A DNA stretch of 43,438 nt from a virus (IMGVR_UViG_2703718829_000008:1-43438); one strand, 5' to 3'. Positions 19,297-31,093 are shown, numbered from the stretch's first letter. Program-made: numbers and translations. The notes: a model not told the origin generated them from the sequence alone.

Positions 19297-20337
19297 TTAA
19301 ACTCCCAACATGCTTGCAAATGCCAGCGGCTGGCGAATGATTGCGCCCCAGGTGCCACCGGTTTTCTTTTGTTTGTACGCGGACAGGTCAACAACAACTG
19401 GATGCGCACGCATTTTTTCGGTAAATGCGCAGTAGCCGGTGTCCTGACCATCCAAATCGTCGGCGATCAGCTGAACCAGTTCGCCGGATTCGGTTTTGTA
19501 CTCGACAGCAGTAACAACGCGCAGGTTCGGGAAGTTTTTCTTCAGCTGATCAGACACGTTGACGTTGTACATGTTGGTCTTGGTCAGATTTGCTTCTGAC
19601 TCTGGACTCATCGCCAGCGTCATCTTGCTGTCTCGCTCAACGTACCCCTTGGTCTGCTTCACTAACTGCATGTAAAGCGCCTGGATATCGTCATACACCG
19701 CCTGACCATCTTTGGTTGCCCAGGTAGTTCCGCTGCCAGTACCCGTTGCGCCCGGGGTGATTGATGCCGGAAGGTTAGGGTCATTCAGAATGCCGTAGTT
19801 CTTCAGGCCAGCAACGCCGAAGAAGTAGGACTTGTTCTGAAACTTATTCAGGGTCAGCGCAGAAGCAGTATTCAGTTGTTGTGCCCATGCAATGCGGCCT
19901 TCACCGTAACGGTCAAGTTCCAGCTCCCCCCACTGAGTAATGGTCTGGTACAGATAGGACTCACGAGCAACCCAGTTGACGTTTGCATTTACCTGCCCAT
20001 TATTGTTGTAGTCACCATAACTGGAAACCTGACCCGTTGATTCCACAACCGGGAATTGTGCGGTCATGGTGGTCCAGTCTCCCTTCTTCGTTTCCCCCAG
20101 AATTTCCACCGCTTTCATCGGAGTGACAAGGATGCGAATCAGTTCCGGGTCAACGTAATTAGTGAAGTACCATGGAATGCCAGAGTTACTGGTTGTTACC
20201 AGTGAAGGCTGAGAGTCCATTGCATAGGAATAGCTATTAGCAACAGCATCCGTCAGATAGGCTTTGGCTTCCGGAAGGATTACACCGTAATCTCGCTCAG
20301 CCATAGCTTTATGTTGTAAAAATTCTGCGTTATTCAT
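19297..20337 (-). CDS. Major capsid protein
   Basis: 346 aa, position after protease/scaffold and small structural protein. Confidence 0.55.
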   Translation of the reverse strand: MNNAEFLQHKAMAERDYGVILPEAKAYLTDAVANSYSYAMDSQPSLVTTSNSGIPWYFTNYVDPELIRILVTPMKAVEILGETKKGDWTTMTAQFPVVESTGQVSSYGDYNNNGQVNANVNWVARESYLYQTITQWGELELDRYGEGRIAWAQQLNTASALTLNKFQNKSYFFGVAGLKNYGILNDPNLPASITPGATGTGSGTTWATKDGQAVYDDIQALYMQLVKQTKGYVERDSKMTLAMSPESEANLTKTNMYNVNVSDQLKKNFPNLRVVTAVEYKTESGELVQLIADDLDGQDTGYCAFTEKMRAHPVVVDLSAYKQKKTGGTWGAIIRQPLAFASMLGV

Positions 20338-20340
20338 GTA

Positions 20341-20820
20341 TTAGCTCCAGGTGCCCATCTGAATCAATTCGCCAGCCTCGCCAGCACTGCCAACAACAAA
20401 TTTTGTTTCAACGTAATCCGAGATTGACGCCCCGGCATCGCCAGCGGTAATGGTTCCATCTGACAGTTTGGCGAAAATCTTCTGCCCTACGGTTGCCGCA
20501 CCGGCAGTTTTCACCCAGTAGTCGCCAGCAGTCATCAATGTCATCTGAACTCCAGGCTGAATAGTCATAGATGATTCACCAAGCCATGTGGTGACAGACG
20601 CCTGCCCTTCCCGATGAACGAAGCCGGCAGGAGCACCGGTTCCAGTGTTATTGACAACACCATTGCTTACCCATGCAAAGCGACCAACAACAACCCCATT
20701 TGCACCGGCAACAAGAGCGCCCTCACCTGCAAGAAGACTTGCTTTAGGGTTAGCCGAAGCGAAATCCCCTTCAACTCCCGGCGCCTGTTGCTGATTAATT
20801 ACACTTTGAAAGCCACTCAT
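20341..20820 (-). CDS. Small capsid structural/decoration-like protein
   Basis: 159 aa, Gly/Ala-rich, between protease/scaffold and capsid. Confidence 0.3.
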   Translation of the reverse strand: MSGFQSVINQQQAPGVEGDFASANPKASLLAGEGALVAGANGVVVGRFAWVSNGVVNNTGTGAPAGFVHREGQASVTTWLGESSMTIQPGVQMTLMTAGDYWVKTAGAATVGQKIFAKLSDGTITAGDAGASISDYVETKFVVGSAGEAGELIQMGTWS

Positions 20821-20823
20821 TTC

Positions 20824-22050
20824 TTAGCTCCGTTTCAGTTTAGTTGCGCCAGGAAATGCCTTGGCGAAAGAATTGGTTGCAGCAGAATCCATCCCCATAC
20901 CATGAGATGGTTTGCGAACTACCGCTTTCTGGCTGATAGCAAATTCAACCATCGATTTAAGTGCTGAAGGATGAACGCCTTTATGTTCGGCACCGATTGA
21001 ATCAAGAGCAAAGCGATAAATAGACTCTGCGGAATCCATGGCGACCAGACTCACATCACCAACCAAAGCACGAACGCATTCTCGAGCCTCATTGGCTTGA
21101 CGGATACGCCCCATCACATTCTCTTCAGCTTTTCGAATCAATGCGGCATCCATAGCTGCTTTATTCTCATCATCGTCTTCATCCTCGGCAGTCTTTTTAT
21201 CCTTGCCGTCATCATCTTCGTCTTCCGCTTCTTTGCGGTCACGATCGCGGTCCGTTCGCTCACGTTCTTCACGCTCTTTTAGTTCATCCTCTTCACGTTT
21301 CAGACGCTCTGCTTCTGACTCATTATCTCTCTCGGCCTGAGTGGCTTCGTCTTCAACAACCTTTTGCACTTTCTTTTCCACTTCTTCTGGCTTCTCATCA
21401 CTGGCCAGCATCGGCGTGATAACTGCCATTAACTTTTTAGTAAGTTCTGACATTGATTTCATTCCTGTTGGTATTGAATCCCCGACAACAACGTCGGATC
21501 CGGCTCTTCCCTCTGTTACGAGAGCAACGTGGTTCCCGACGATATCGCGCATTACACCATCGTATGGCTGGCCTTCATGCACGCCGGGGGTCATGTCAGC
21601 TACATATCTGTAGGCCGACGAAAGTTCTTTCTTCTCGTCTGTCTCGATTCCAGCGATAGAATCTGCGTCCCATACGACAAGCGAGTTCTTGAGATAAGTC
21701 CCGTCAAACTCAGCATCAGTACCAGTAGAACCAACCACAGCCATCTTCTGAGGGTCTGAAGCAGTAACCGGAATGTGTTCGTTAAGGAGCGGGATGTTGT
21801 TGAATGTAGATGCTGCTTTGGCTAACTCTTTCGGGTCACGAAGCAGGTAGTAAACCTTGTCAGGCTGTAAACCTAGCGATCTGTAATTAGGGATTTCACG
21901 TCCATAATAAGGGCAAACGTTAGCCTTACTGATTGGCGTCACTTCGATATGCAAACGCCCATCCTTATCAAAGGAGCGCACCGTTGCCTTGTCGAATGCC
22001 AATCCGTGATATCCCCATTGCCAGTCGCCTTTAACTTTGCGTAATGGCAT
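20824..22050 (-). CDS. Prohead protease/scaffolding-like protein with acidic low-complexity core
   Basis: 408 aa; central E/D/R/K-rich stretch; position between Mu-F-like gene and capsid. Confidence 0.4.
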   Translation of the reverse strand: MPLRKVKGDWQWGYHGLAFDKATVRSFDKDGRLHIEVTPISKANVCPYYGREIPNYRSLGLQPDKVYYLLRDPKELAKAASTFNNIPLLNEHIPVTASDPQKMAVVGSTGTDAEFDGTYLKNSLVVWDADSIAGIETDEKKELSSAYRYVADMTPGVHEGQPYDGVMRDIVGNHVALVTEGRAGSDVVVGDSIPTGMKSMSELTKKLMAVITPMLASDEKPEEVEKKVQKVVEDEATQAERDNESEAERLKREEDELKEREERERTDRDRDRKEAEDEDDDGKDKKTAEDEDDDENKAAMDAALIRKAEENVMGRIRQANEARECVRALVGDVSLVAMDSAESIYRFALDSIGAEHKGVHPSALKSMVEFAISQKAVVRKPSHGMGMDSAATNSFAKAFPGATKLKRS

Positions 22051-22184
22051 GCTTTTACCTTTCGGCAGGCAATAAAAAAGCCGCAGTAGCGGCCATTATT
22101 TCCTCTTGGGCATAGCTATTTTCAGTAGTGCAATCATTAAGCAACCAAAAATCAACACTAAGCCCAGAGACCATAAAACCTCAA

Positions 22185-23003
22185 TCATTTTCTATCTATC
22201 CCAGGGATAACAGGAGACCACGTACAACGGCAGTTGATAGCCTCTCCCGGCAGCACCCATTCACCATCGAGATACAGCCCTTTATCGAGGTCGAACTCTT
22301 TACCGTCAGCTTTCACATGGGATGGTCTTGGCTGCTTCCCGGCGTGTGAGTGACGCCAGATTCCTTTGGTGATTCCTAACTTCTTCTGCCGTTCAGACTG
22401 AATTACCGCTGTAGCTTTGTTGTTCTGATCGCGTGCAATCGTCTCAGCGCGTCTGCGTGTAATGCCATATCGCTTAACCAGTTCATCAGTGAGATAGCCA
22501 AGGTCACGACCACGGCTGACAGACTGCATGACTATCGTCTCAACCTGTGTGTGATAGTGTTCAGGTATGGATTTAATCAGGTTGACGTTCTCGTTAACGA
22601 CAGCCTGCATCACGTTCTTAAGCTCGTCATTCATTGTGAACTTAACGGTAAATCCGCCAGCCTTTAACGCTGAGTGTAACGAAACGTCGGTGTTGCGCAG
22701 TGTCTTATCAACAAAGCGATCAGCCAGTTTCTTAGCCAGTTCATTGAATTTATGCTCCCACTGCTTGCCTAGTCTGGACAATCTGCGCTTTAACTCATTC
22801 GCGGGACTGGAATCCATCGCCATGTTGTTTTTGTATGCGCCCTCAAGCCAGTATCGGTATGACTTATCCATCTCCCTAACCAGCTTGAGAAGCTCAGAGC
22901 GATACCACTCATGAACTCCGGCGTTGGCTCTGACTGGACGAAGGATTTTCCGGTTCTTCGAATCCTTCTTCGATGGACTCGTTTTCGTACTCTTCTTCGT
23001 CAT
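22185..23003 (-). CDS. Phage Mu gpF-like head morphogenesis protein
   Basis: 272 aa; C-terminal '[10 protein letters not shown]' and '[17 protein letters not shown]' typical of Mu F-like minor head proteins. Confidence 0.55.
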   Translation of the reverse strand: MTKKSTKTSPSKKDSKNRKILRPVRANAGVHEWYRSELLKLVREMDKSYRYWLEGAYKNNMAMDSSPANELKRRLSRLGKQWEHKFNELAKKLADRFVDKTLRNTDVSLHSALKAGGFTVKFTMNDELKNVMQAVVNENVNLIKSIPEHYHTQVETIVMQSVSRGRDLGYLTDELVKRYGITRRRAETIARDQNNKATAVIQSERQKKLGITKGIWRHSHAGKQPRPSHVKADGKEFDLDKGLYLDGEWVLPGEAINCRCTWSPVIPGIDRK

Positions 23004-24459
23004 ATTCAGATTCCATCATGTGGTATGGGCTGGCCTTATCCGACTGGCGCATGCTTCTTATTGCATCAAGATCGAACACGCCAGCTTCGGCATAGTTCTT
23101 GTCAGCCTCAGACTGATGTTTCATGATCTCGGCTTTCTCTGCTTCTGTAAGCTCATACAGAGGCAGGAACTCAAAATCAATGTCAGGGTCAATCTCGCCA
23201 AATTCGTTTAACTGGATAACATCCAGTACTGTTTTCAGTGGTACTCTGAACAGATTCTCCTGCATGGCGTGGATTGAGTCATAGAAGACGCGGATTTCTC
23301 CATCAGATGACGCGTTTAGCCCGTTAGGAGTGATGCCAAGGAGCTTAACCAGGGGAATGCTTGATACCGATGCCATTTGTTCCTGTGCTTGAGCCTGAAG
23401 AGCATCGACTCCGGACAGACTTGTCACAAACTGGAAGAATTCTTCCGCATCCTTATCAATAAGGAACATTCCGCGATTGTCGCGAACCTTATTGAAGAGC
23501 TCGGCACGCATAAACAGGTTTGGGTCTGCAATTCCAGACAAGGCATTCTGCATGTTCGTCTTCAGCCCGTAGACCACAAACGAATGAACCAGATCGCTAA
23601 CGCTGTCACGTGTTCTCAGCCAGTTTTGCACATATGGCTCTGCCATCTGACTCAGCGACAAGCCGCCGAAGTTGTACGCCGCTTTGAGAATGTCTGGCAC
23701 CTGGCGAGAAATCATTGTCAACATGCGACTGGCGTGAACCGTGCGCCCCATGACATACCATTCAGATGGATTGAAGAAGTCAGGGCTTAGAGGATTGTCA
23801 GCGTTATACACGCCCGGGTAAGTCCACATAGCCTCGACAACGCGGAAACCATTCAGGCTTCCTTTGGTAATCTTGCGCGGACTGATATCGAGCTTCTTAT
23901 CCAGTTCGTCGGGAACCAGCCAGGCTGAGTTACCGCTTGGCGTCTTCACGTCGATATAAATCTGTCCGCGTCCGAAGTAGCCGTCATGTTCCGCCGCCTC
24001 GCGAAACTTCTCTCGCACTCTGAAACGCTTTAATGCGTCGTCAAGCTGGCGAATCTTATCGGCCTTGTCGTCACCATCGTCTTTACCTACATGCTTCAGC
24101 TCAATCCATTTTCGCGTCATCTCTTCTGCTATCGTGCCAGTAATCTTGCGATACTCCGGCAACTGAGCAAGTTGAGACAGATATGGGTAGCCAGGAAATC
24201 CACCGTAGCCATATGAGGTGATGTTTGCTGAGTTAAGGTAACTGTACGGCGTGGAGTCCATCGCCAGAGCTGACTCCCCAATATGTTCAGGAATAACGCC
24301 TGGCGGGGGTACGTATCTCTCAATTCTACGCAATGCCTCGCCTTCATTTTTAATTCGCTCCTGTTCGTTAATAATCGCAAGAACATTCGCCAGAGACATT
24401 GGCTGTTTCGCCTCTTCTTTCTGAGGCTCAGATTTTTTCTTTCTCAAAAAATTAAACAC
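22909..24459 (-). CDS. Portal protein
   Basis: 516 aa directly downstream of terminase large subunit, acidic C-terminus. Confidence 0.6.
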   Translation of the reverse strand: MFNFLRKKKSEPQKEEAKQPMSLANVLAIINEQERIKNEGEALRRIERYVPPPGVIPEHIGESALAMDSTPYSYLNSANITSYGYGGFPGYPYLSQLAQLPEYRKITGTIAEEMTRKWIELKHVGKDDGDDKADKIRQLDDALKRFRVREKFREAAEHDGYFGRGQIYIDVKTPSGNSAWLVPDELDKKLDISPRKITKGSLNGFRVVEAMWTYPGVYNADNPLSPDFFNPSEWYVMGRTVHASRMLTMISRQVPDILKAAYNFGGLSLSQMAEPYVQNWLRTRDSVSDLVHSFVVYGLKTNMQNALSGIADPNLFMRAELFNKVRDNRGMFLIDKDAEEFFQFVTSLSGVDALQAQAQEQMASVSSIPLVKLLGITPNGLNASSDGEIRVFYDSIHAMQENLFRVPLKTVLDVIQLNEFGEIDPDIDFEFLPLYELTEAEKAEIMKHQSEADKNYAEAGVFDLDAIRSMRQSDKASPYHMMESEYDEEEYENESIEEGFEEPENPSSSQSQRRSS

Positions 24460-25985
24460 TATGCGAGCCTCAAAAGGTCTTCAGATATACGTAACGGACC
24501 ATTGCCATTTTTCATCTCATCGATGGCATCCATCATCGGATCAAGCTGGTCGTCGTGCGTATTGAAATCAGGATTAATGGCTTCCATCTCAACGAGGAAG
24601 TCGTTGATGAATGGTGCGCTGCTGGGCAACTTGATGTAACCGGACTCGATATAACCCTGTACGTCCATCAGTCGTGTGTACTTATCCTTATCGCGCTGAA
24701 TTGCTTTGATGGGGCATATCGCTTTTTTACGGATGTTCTGTATCAGGCCTGTGCCAGATGACTTGTCCTCTATCGCCATGTGGCGAAGCGGCCCATTCTT
24801 CAGAGTTTTGCACTTTTCCCAGAATGCAACAGCACGGCGTTGTAATTCATCGGCCTCCCATTTACCGCGAATCATATCGATCAGATAGATGTACCCGTCA
24901 GTACCAAGCCCCCAGTGCTCGAATACTGAGAAGTCGTTGACCTCTTTTGTTTTCTGTGCGGTGTCTCCATAGACGGCACGCCATTGCATGGGAGGGAGTA
25001 CCGAATATTCACCAAACCATTCAGACTTAATAAGCCCCCCGCCTTTGGCGGTTGGTCGTTGCTGATAAAGGGCATTCCATACAAGAGAACCGCGCTGTTT
25101 GCACTTCTCTACGAACTCTCTCGGCATGCGCTCAGGAAACAGAATTTCACCGGGATTGCGCAGTCGATACACATTACCGTTGAGTTCATGAATCTCTTCC
25201 TTTTCAGCCTCCATTGGGAAGCTAACTACGCGCCAGCGTTCCCCGCCCTCTTCAGCTAGTTTTAATAACTGTCCGGCGAGATCGTTTTGATGCCAGCGTG
25301 TCAGGATGATGACGATGCCGTTTATCTTCGGGTCAACACGAGTGAAGAATGTCGTGTCATACCAGTCCATCACCGCTTCCTGGTAAGTTGGAGACGATGC
25401 GGTTTTGTAATCTTTCGCGGGGTCATCAATAACCCCAATGTTCATACCCTGACCGGTGATGCCACCGTTAACACCAGCAGAACGATATGAGCCGCCGTGT
25501 AGTTCGCCTTTGGCATCAACTGGTTCCCATAGCTCGGTTTTGTTGATGCCTCCCGCCAAACTGCGTCCTGAAGGTATTTTCACGTCAGGGAAAACATCTG
25601 CGTACTTGTCAGATGTGATAATGCGTTTAACGTCACGGCTCATTCGGTCTGACAGGTCAGAAGAATATGAGCACGAGATAATGTTCCATGATGGATGCTG
25701 TCCTAACACATACGCTGGGAAGCGGCGAGAGCACAACTCACTCTTTCCTGAGCGTGGAGGGGCAAACACCATTAGCCTGGGCATGTTTCCGGCTTTAACT
25801 TCATCCAGAAAGTGATCTAGCTCAGCACAAAGCAGCTCGTTAAACCAACCTGTTTCGTATTGCGGATTAGTGTACAAAGTGAAATCGAGAAGGTTTTTTC
25901 TTGCTGAGCGGATAGCCAGCTCTTTGTGCAACTCATAAATCTGAGCGTTTCGATTCAAGCTGATTGGAGCGCCTGCCATTACCAA
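24459..25985 (-). CDS. terL: Terminase large subunit
   Basis: 508 aa; Walker A-like '[10 protein letters not shown]'; follows small subunit. Confidence 0.75.
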   Translation of the reverse strand: MVMAGAPISLNRNAQIYELHKELAIRSARKNLLDFTLYTNPQYETGWFNELLCAELDHFLDEVKAGNMPRLMVFAPPRSGKSELCSRRFPAYVLGQHPSWNIISCSYSSDLSDRMSRDVKRIITSDKYADVFPDVKIPSGRSLAGGINKTELWEPVDAKGELHGGSYRSAGVNGGITGQGMNIGVIDDPAKDYKTASSPTYQEAVMDWYDTTFFTRVDPKINGIVIILTRWHQNDLAGQLLKLAEEGGERWRVVSFPMEAEKEEIHELNGNVYRLRNPGEILFPERMPREFVEKCKQRGSLVWNALYQQRPTAKGGGLIKSEWFGEYSVLPPMQWRAVYGDTAQKTKEVNDFSVFEHWGLGTDGYIYLIDMIRGKWEADELQRRAVAFWEKCKTLKNGPLRHMAIEDKSSGTGLIQNIRKKAICPIKAIQRDKDKYTRLMDVQGYIESGYIKLPSSAPFINDFLVEMEAINPDFNTHDDQLDPMMDAIDEMKNGNGPLRISEDLLRLA

Positions 25986-26523
25986 GCTCCTTCAGTTTCT
26001 CTTCAAGTAACTCTTCTGACATATCGGCATAACGAACAGGCCCACCATCAGCGCCAGTAATTTCATTTTTGACGTTGTCTTTAAACGCCTGAACAGAAAC
26101 ATGACGCCCAAGCAACTCAAGGTTTTTAACCTTATCAGGCCATTTGATTTTCTTCAGAAGTGCGGCGCTATCTGCGGATACCATCTCCACGACATCCATT
26201 CCTGATAACGTTGTTCGCCATACCTTAGGCCAGTCTTTAATTGGTTTTAGCTCACCGTTTTGCAGGAGAATGTCGAGCACATCCATCTGGTCGATTTCAA
26301 CCAATCTACGAAGAACATAGGCTGCATCTATGCCCGTCTGCTCAACGCGGGCAGCTTTAAGCTCAGCAACGAATTTTTGAACATTAACATTTGCTAATAA
26401 TCGAGATGCCTGCTCATTGGCGGTCTTCTCGCTGTATCCCGCCCTGATAGCTGCCTGTGTGCCGTTCAGATCTTTCAGGTACTCACGGGCAAACAGCTCT
26501 TGTTTGTCGGTGAGCTTTGCCAT
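25933..26523 (-). CDS. terS: Terminase small subunit
   Basis: 196 aa; N-terminal 'LTDKQELFAREYL...NGTQAAIRAGYS' HTH typical of terminase small subunits. Confidence 0.6.
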   Translation of the reverse strand: MAKLTDKQELFAREYLKDLNGTQAAIRAGYSEKTANEQASRLLANVNVQKFVAELKAARVEQTGIDAAYVLRRLVEIDQMDVLDILLQNGELKPIKDWPKVWRTTLSGMDVVEMVSADSAALLKKIKWPDKVKNLELLGRHVSVQAFKDNVKNEITGADGGPVRYADMSEELLEEKLKELGNGRRSNQLESKRSDL

Positions 26524-26752
26524 TATTTGTGCTCCGTTTATCCGTTAAAAGGGATATCAGTTAAGTTATCCCGTGCAGGGTATAAGCCATTGTCGAGACC
26601 ACTCATTGAATGGCCTCTGCAATAACCGATGTCTTTCCATCAGTCCGCCACCACAAAGAATCTTTTTTGCCATAAGGCTGGAGGTTCATCTTTCAGTGGC
26701 TGCCAGTGTTATTTCCCCACTTACTGGCTTGGGTTGTTTCGCGGTGCTGCCG

Positions 26753-27295
26753 TTAATTGGTGAGTCCGGGGATTACGGTTTGCCCGTGCTGTTCAAGGCG
26801 TTCAATTCTAGCCAGCAGCTGTGGCTTCTTAATTTTTCCCCAGCGATTTAGCAGGCGACCTGACATGCTGGCAACATCCTTCTCTTTCATGTACTCCAGC
26901 ATTACGGCATTTCGCTCTTCTTCAAATTGACGATTACCAACCTGAAGCATGGCGTACATCCAGTTGAATGCGTTGATGTAAGCAATTTTGATACGCATTG
27001 CTTCTTTTTTGGTGTAGGACATAACCAAAAGCATCAACCCATCCTTACGTAGCCGATAGAATTTTTGTGGCTTACCATTCTGTAACTCATTGTTTTTATA
27101 GCAAACCTCAAAATTGAGTTTTGTATCAAACTCTTCAGGACAAGCAGCGATAGTTCTTTCTACATCACGCACAACGTTGTCATGTCGCTTACGAAATGCT
27201 TTCGCCACCATAAATGAATCGGTGACAGGGTCATTGTTGGTAATAAAAACCAGTTCTTTGAAATCAATGCCGTCAACGATAGTTGGATAATTCAT
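26753..27295 (-). CDS. Rha-family phage regulatory protein
   Basis: 180 aa; 'KRHDNVVRDVERTI' Rha-like motif; between lysis cassette and terminase. Confidence 0.5.
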   Translation of the reverse strand: MNYPTIVDGIDFKELVFITNNDPVTDSFMVAKAFRKRHDNVVRDVERTIAACPEEFDTKLNFEVCYKNNELQNGKPQKFYRLRKDGLMLLVMSYTKKEAMRIKIAYINAFNWMYAMLQVGNRQFEEERNAVMLEYMKEKDVASMSGRLLNRWGKIKKPQLLARIERLEQHGQTVIPGLTN

Positions 27296-27440
27296 CGATA
27301 ATTACCTTTTAGTGATGAACCTTGTCACACAGGATTCCGGCCCACAGAAAGGCACCGATAACCAAACCGGCATCCTCAAGGGTCATCCTGAAAGGCTCTG
27401 TGTTCATAAGTCGCGCGTGTGAAGCGCATTTACTGAGGAC

Positions 27441-27468
27441 ATAAAAAAGCCCCGCTTCTGCGAGGCAT
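27441..27468 (-). terminator. Rho-independent terminator downstream of lysis cassette
   Basis: On the - strand transcript: GCCUCGC-AGAA-GCGGGGC followed by U6. Confidence 0.45.
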
Positions 27469-27508
27469 TTTCCTGAAAGTCACTTGTTAAATTTCAGTGA
27501 GGTTAAAA

Positions 27509-27958
27509 TTATTTTAAGCACTGAGTCCTGATGTACTCCTGCAGGTAGTTAACCTGCGCGGTTATCCTGTCGATTCCACTTCGGAGACGGTAATAATTGA
27601 GTTCAGCATCTGCTGTAAGTCCTGGGCTTTCTCCATCGCCCATGCCGCTGGCTCCGGTCGTTGACTTTGCACAGGTGGCGGCGACTTGCAGGCGCTTACG
27701 ACCAGCAGAAACATCAGCACGGAGACTTTCGATAGTCGCGTTAGCATCAGCAAGCTCCTTTGTATATCTGGCGTCGAGTTCTGCTACATTGCGTTGACGT
27801 TTCTGCATGTCAGCGATTGTGGATGTGGCCTTATCACGCTGCTTTTTGTAAGTGATGGCGTTATCACGGTAATGATTAACCGCCCATGACAGGCAGACGA
27901 TGATGCAGATAACCAGAGCGGAGATAATCGCGGTTACTCTGCTCATTGTTGCCCCCAC
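27509..27958 (-). CDS. Rz: Rz i-spanin
   Basis: 149 aa; near-identical to lambda Rz N-terminus ([34 protein letters not shown]). Confidence 0.85.
   Translation of the reverse strand: MGATMSRVTAIISALVICIIVCLSWAVNHYRDNAITYKKQRDKATSTIADMQKRQRNVAELDARYTKELADANATIESLRADVSAGRKRLQVAATCAKSTTGASGMGDGESPGLTADAELNYYRLRSGIDRITAQVNYLQEYIRTQCLK
27562..27753 (-). CDS. Rz1: Rz1 o-spanin lipoprotein, embedded in +1 frame of Rz
   Basis: 63 aa; lipobox VSAC, proline-rich ([12 protein letters not shown]); nested within Rz. Confidence 0.7.
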   Translation of the reverse strand: MLMLTRLSKVSVLMFLLVVSACKSPPPVQSQRPEPAAWAMEKAQDLQQMLNSIITVSEVESTG

Positions 27959-28440
27959 AAACAGACTTCACGCTCAATCTCGCGGCGAGTCATCAGCCCT
28001 TTCCATTGCTTACCGCCAGCGTATGTCCAGCGCCGTAGCTGATCACATGCGCCTTTGATATCGCCCTGGTTTATTTTGCGAAGAAGAGTAGATGTTCTGA
28101 AATTGCCAGCGCCCACGTTGTAAACGAACGAGTAAAGAGCGCCGCGCGTTGTTTCCGGTATATTGACTTTGATGTACGGGTTAATTTGTCTGGCGACCGT
28201 GGCAAGGTCTTTATTCAGGAGGGCTTTGCATTCTGCTTCGGTATACGTTTTACCGAGCATAATGTCTTTTCCGGTGTGCCCGTAACATACAGTCCATACA
28301 CCAACGATATCTTTATATGGTATGTAGCTGACGCCTTCCAGACCATCGTTACCACTTGGGCCAGTGATTAACACAGATGCTATAGCAATAGCCCCGCCAC
28401 CAATAGCCGCAGCAACGGCTTTTCGTAATGATGGAGGCAT
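27943..28440 (-). CDS. R: SAR endolysin (lysozyme, P21 R-like)
   Basis: 165 aa; Gly/Ala-rich N-terminal SAR segment; catalytic E-8aa-D-5aa-T lysozyme triad. Confidence 0.85.
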   Translation of the reverse strand: MPPSLRKAVAAAIGGGAIAIASVLITGPSGNDGLEGVSYIPYKDIVGVWTVCYGHTGKDIMLGKTYTEAECKALLNKDLATVARQINPYIKVNIPETTRGALYSFVYNVGAGNFRTSTLLRKINQGDIKGACDQLRRWTYAGGKQWKGLMTRREIEREVCLWGQQ

Positions 28441-28655
28441 TATTCACCTCTCGCAGCCTTTCTTCTGTCTTCTCTGATTTTGAAGTACAGATTTGTCAGA
28501 TAAGTGAGAAAACCCAACACAAGGCTTCCAAGCACTCCAATCGCAGCCCACTGTGATGGACTGACCTGATCCAACCACTGCAAAAACCAGTATCCCGCAC
28601 TACCAGCGGATGTTCCGTAGGCAATGCCAGTTGAGATTTTGTCCATTGATTTCAT
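28440..28655 (-). CDS. S: Class II pinholin (P21 S21-like) with dual-start MKSMDK
   Basis: 71 aa, two TM segments, N-terminus [23 protein letters not shown] matches S21 as I recall it. Confidence 0.85.
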   Translation of the reverse strand: MKSMDKISTGIAYGTSAGSAGYWFLQWLDQVSPSQWAAIGVLGSLVLGFLTYLTNLYFKIREDRRKAARGE

Positions 28656-28928
28656 AGCAACGCCTCCGCAAGTAACGGATTGCGTAGTTCTTATATTGGG
28701 AAGGGGAAAAAAGAAGGCCGCGGCATAACTGTCACTGATTAATTCAGGATAGTCAGTGGCTACGGCTCAGTTTGGGTTGTGCTGTTGCTGGGCGGCGATG
28801 ACGCCTGTACGCATTTGGTGATCCGGTTCTGCTTCCGGTATTCGCTTAATTCAGCACAACGGAAAGAGCACTCAATGCATTTAAACCAAGCCCCATAAAG
28901 GAGAATGCTCTTACCTGTTGCACAGATA

Positions 28929-28987
28929 TAAAAAATCCCGAAACCGTTATGCAGGCTCTAACTATTACCTGCGAACTGTTTCGGGAT
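28929..28987 (-). terminator. tR'-like terminator of the short pR' (6S-like) transcript
   Basis: Inverted repeat ATCCCGAAAC (28935-28944)/GTTTCGGGAT (28978-28987) with a T-tract on the - strand; matches my recollection of lambda tR'. Confidence 0.55.
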
Positions 28988-29128
28988 TGCATTTTGCAGA
29001 CCTCTCAGCCTGCGATGGTTGGAGTTCCAGACGATACGTCGAAGTGACCAACTAGGCGGAATCGGTAGTAAGCGCCGCCTCTTTTTATCTCACTACCACA
29101 ACGAGCGAATTAACCCATCGTTGGGTCA

Positions 29129-29157
29129 AATTTACCCAACTTTATTCAAAAAGTCAA
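29129..29157 (-). promoter_or_regulatory. Late promoter pR' (with qut region downstream)
   Basis: On the - strand -35 TTGACT, 17-bp spacer, -10 TAAATT; lies just downstream of Q. Confidence 0.6.
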
Positions 29158-29199
29158 TATCATGCCGTTAATATGTTGTCATCCGTGGCAATCATGCGG

Positions 29200-29823
29200 C
29201 TAACGTGTGACCGCATTCAAAATGTTGTCTGCGATTGACTCTTCTTTGTGGCATTGCACCACCAGAGCGTCATACAGCGGCTTAACAGTGCGTGACCAGG
29301 TGGGTTGAGTAAGGTTTGGGATTAGCATCGTTACAGCGCGATATGCGGCGCTTGCTGGCATTCTTGAATAGCCGACACCTTTGCATCTTCCGCACTCTTT
29401 CTCAACAACTCTCCCCCACTGCTCTGTTTTGGCTATATCAACCGCACGGCCTGTACCGTGGCAATCTCTGCATCTTGCGCCCGGCGTCGCGGCACTACGG
29501 CAATAATCCGCATAAGCGAATGTTGCGAGCACTTGCAGTACCTTTGCCTTAGTATTTCCTTCAAGCTTTGCCACACCACGGTATTTCCCCGATACCTTGT
29601 GTGCAAATTGCATCAGATAGTTGATAGCCTTTTGTTTGTCGTTCTGGCTGAGTTCGTGCTTACCACAGAATGCAGCCATTCCGAATCCGGCTTGTGATTG
29701 CGCCATCCCCATAGCAGCCATCACATCAGTACCGGAAAGAGAGTCAGAAGCCGTAGCCCGTGGTGAGTCGCTCATCATCGGGCTTTTTGGCGAATGAAAT
29801 TTAGCTACGCTTTCGAGTCTCAT
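29200..29823 (-). CDS. Q: Late antiterminator Q (lambda Q-like)
   Basis: 207 aa; appears near-identical to lambda Q from memory (MRLESVAKFHSPKSPMMSDSPRATASD...). Confidence 0.9.
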   Translation of the reverse strand: MRLESVAKFHSPKSPMMSDSPRATASDSLSGTDVMAAMGMAQSQAGFGMAAFCGKHELSQNDKQKAINYLMQFAHKVSGKYRGVAKLEGNTKAKVLQVLATFAYADYCRSAATPGARCRDCHGTGRAVDIAKTEQWGRVVEKECGRCKGVGYSRMPASAAYRAVTMLIPNLTQPTWSRTVKPLYDALVVQCHKEESIADNILNAVTR

Positions 29824-30008
29824 CGTCTCCCCCTCTTGCCCTGTTTGACCATCAGGACGCCGTTAACTATTACGTGACGCTCACCTTTGCTGTCTCGGTT
29901 GTACTTGAGCACTGTTCCTCTTGCGCAGGAAAGCATCCTCGCCACTTCGGTCTGATTGCCTCGTGTCTGGATAAGAAGCTCTGGTATCGTTTGAATTGTG
30001 GCGTTCAT
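29820..30008 (-). CDS. ninH: NinH-like protein
   Basis: 62 aa; 'GNQTEVAR...CSRGTV.KY' resembles lambda NinH; directly upstream of Q. Confidence 0.6.
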   Translation of the reverse strand: MNATIQTIPELLIQTRGNQTEVARMLSCARGTVLKYNRDSKGERHVIVNGVLMVKQGKRGRR

Positions 30009-30367
30009 ACGTTCTCCAGTTCGGTGATTTTTATTCCAAGCCGTCCGCCTGGTACTTTCACACCACGAATTACGCGAATGTCATCGAATTGCTCGTCGTC
30101 TTCCGCAAATCCGGCGTGGATAAGGGAATCGAGTAAACCTTTCAGGATGTTATCGAGGTCGCGGCGGCGGGAGTCTGGAACGTCTGCGATGACTTTGATG
30201 CGGAGTCGTGATTTGGTGAAAATGTCTAACTTGAGTTGGCGGATGATTTGCTGAACGTCTTTTCGGTATTTCTGGCCTTTATCGCTGATGTAGTATTGGC
30301 TTCCCCGTCTTCGCCAGTAGGTGTTCACCGACGGCGGGTATGGAAGCACAAACTGATATTCGTTCAT
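30005..30367 (-). CDS. rusA: RusA Holliday-junction resolvase
   Basis: 120 aa; 'LPYPPSVNTYW', conserved D..DNI acidic motifs of RusA family. Confidence 0.8.
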   Translation of the reverse strand: MNEYQFVLPYPPSVNTYWRRRGSQYYISDKGQKYRKDVQQIIRQLKLDIFTKSRLRIKVIADVPDSRRRDLDNILKGLLDSLIHAGFAEDDEQFDDIRVIRGVKVPGGRLGIKITELENV

Positions 30368-30654
30368 GGCTTAATCTTCCCCTCCTTCAGCAGTATCGCC
30401 TGCGTCCTGATCACGCCTTCGAGGTGGTAAAGTCTGGCGTCTTTGTTGTCGAGGTTATGGGTGCGTCGGTCGATTTCATCGTGACACGCGCTACAAGCCC
30501 ATGCGCCGATCAGGTCGTCAGGCTTCATTCCCGTTCCGCAAATTCCAGCCATCCGGTAATGTGCCAGAACTGTAGTTTCAGGATTGCCATTGCATACGCC
30601 GTAAATACGTACCTGGCATTCTCTGCCGCGTGCTTCTTTGCGTAGGTTAGCCAT
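30364..30654 (-). CDS. ybcO: YbcO-like (DUF1364) protein
   Basis: 96 aa; 'RGRECQVRIYGVCNGNPETTVLAH...ACSACHDEIDRRTH' resembles DLP12 YbcO. Confidence 0.6.
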   Translation of the reverse strand: MANLRKEARGRECQVRIYGVCNGNPETTVLAHYRMAGICGTGMKPDDLIGAWACSACHDEIDRRTHNLDNKDARLYHLEGVIRTQAILLKEGKIKP

Positions 30655-30875
30655 TATGGTTCACTCCAGTAATTCTCAATTGCAGCAGCCATTCTCTGCA
30701 TCCACTCAGCCAGCTTTAACGCGGCTTCTCTTTCAGAACCACATTTAGGGAAATCCTTCATTTCCATGCTGGCCTTATATGTTCTGAATGCCAGGTCTCC
30801 GGTAATAATCAGATTCTGAACAAGCACCGAGCGTTTATTCCGGTGTTGAACGTAATAGACAGATTCAGTCCGCAT
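30654..30875 (-). CDS. Hypothetical protein
   Basis: 73 aa ORF, 1-nt overlap with YbcO-like start. Confidence 0.3.
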   Translation of the reverse strand: MRTESVYYVQHRNKRSVLVQNLIITGDLAFRTYKASMEMKDFPKCGSEREAALKLAEWMQRMAAAIENYWSEP

Positions 30876-30907
30876 TTCTTCTCTGTCTTTTTTTGAAGGA
30901 AATAAGC

Positions 30908-31093
30908 TCAGAGAAATCGCTCATCGTCTTCTTCCTCGTACATTGAGCTATTCGGATCGCTCATCAGTTCTGCGCAGCAGTGCTCACACACGTGAACTTC
31001 CAGCACATGCAGCTTCTGACCGCAGTTAGCGCACGTTAAAGCCCGCTCGACGCTTTCTTTCTGGTATTGAAGGGATTGGGATGGACTAAGCAT
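30908..31093 (-). CDS. ninF: NinF-like Cys-rich protein
   Basis: Start at internal Met MLSPSQSLQYQ (lambda NinF-like); track ORF extends to 31150. Confidence 0.6.
   Translation of the reverse strand: MLSPSQSLQYQKESVERALTCANCGQKLHVLEVHVCEHCCAELMSDPNSSMYEEEDDERFL

Noticed and set aside
21150-21330. Repetitive GAA/GAC/GAT-rich DNA that might be called a simple-sequence repeat
   Set aside because: It is in frame within the 408-aa protease/scaffold-like ORF and encodes an acidic/basic low-complexity linker, not a non-coding repeat.
28656-29199. Possible toxin or tRNA cargo between Q and the holin, as in Stx phages
   Set aside because: The interval is only about 540 bp and reads as lambda-like pR'/6S/tR' sequence; no ORF or cloverleaf-like structure seen.
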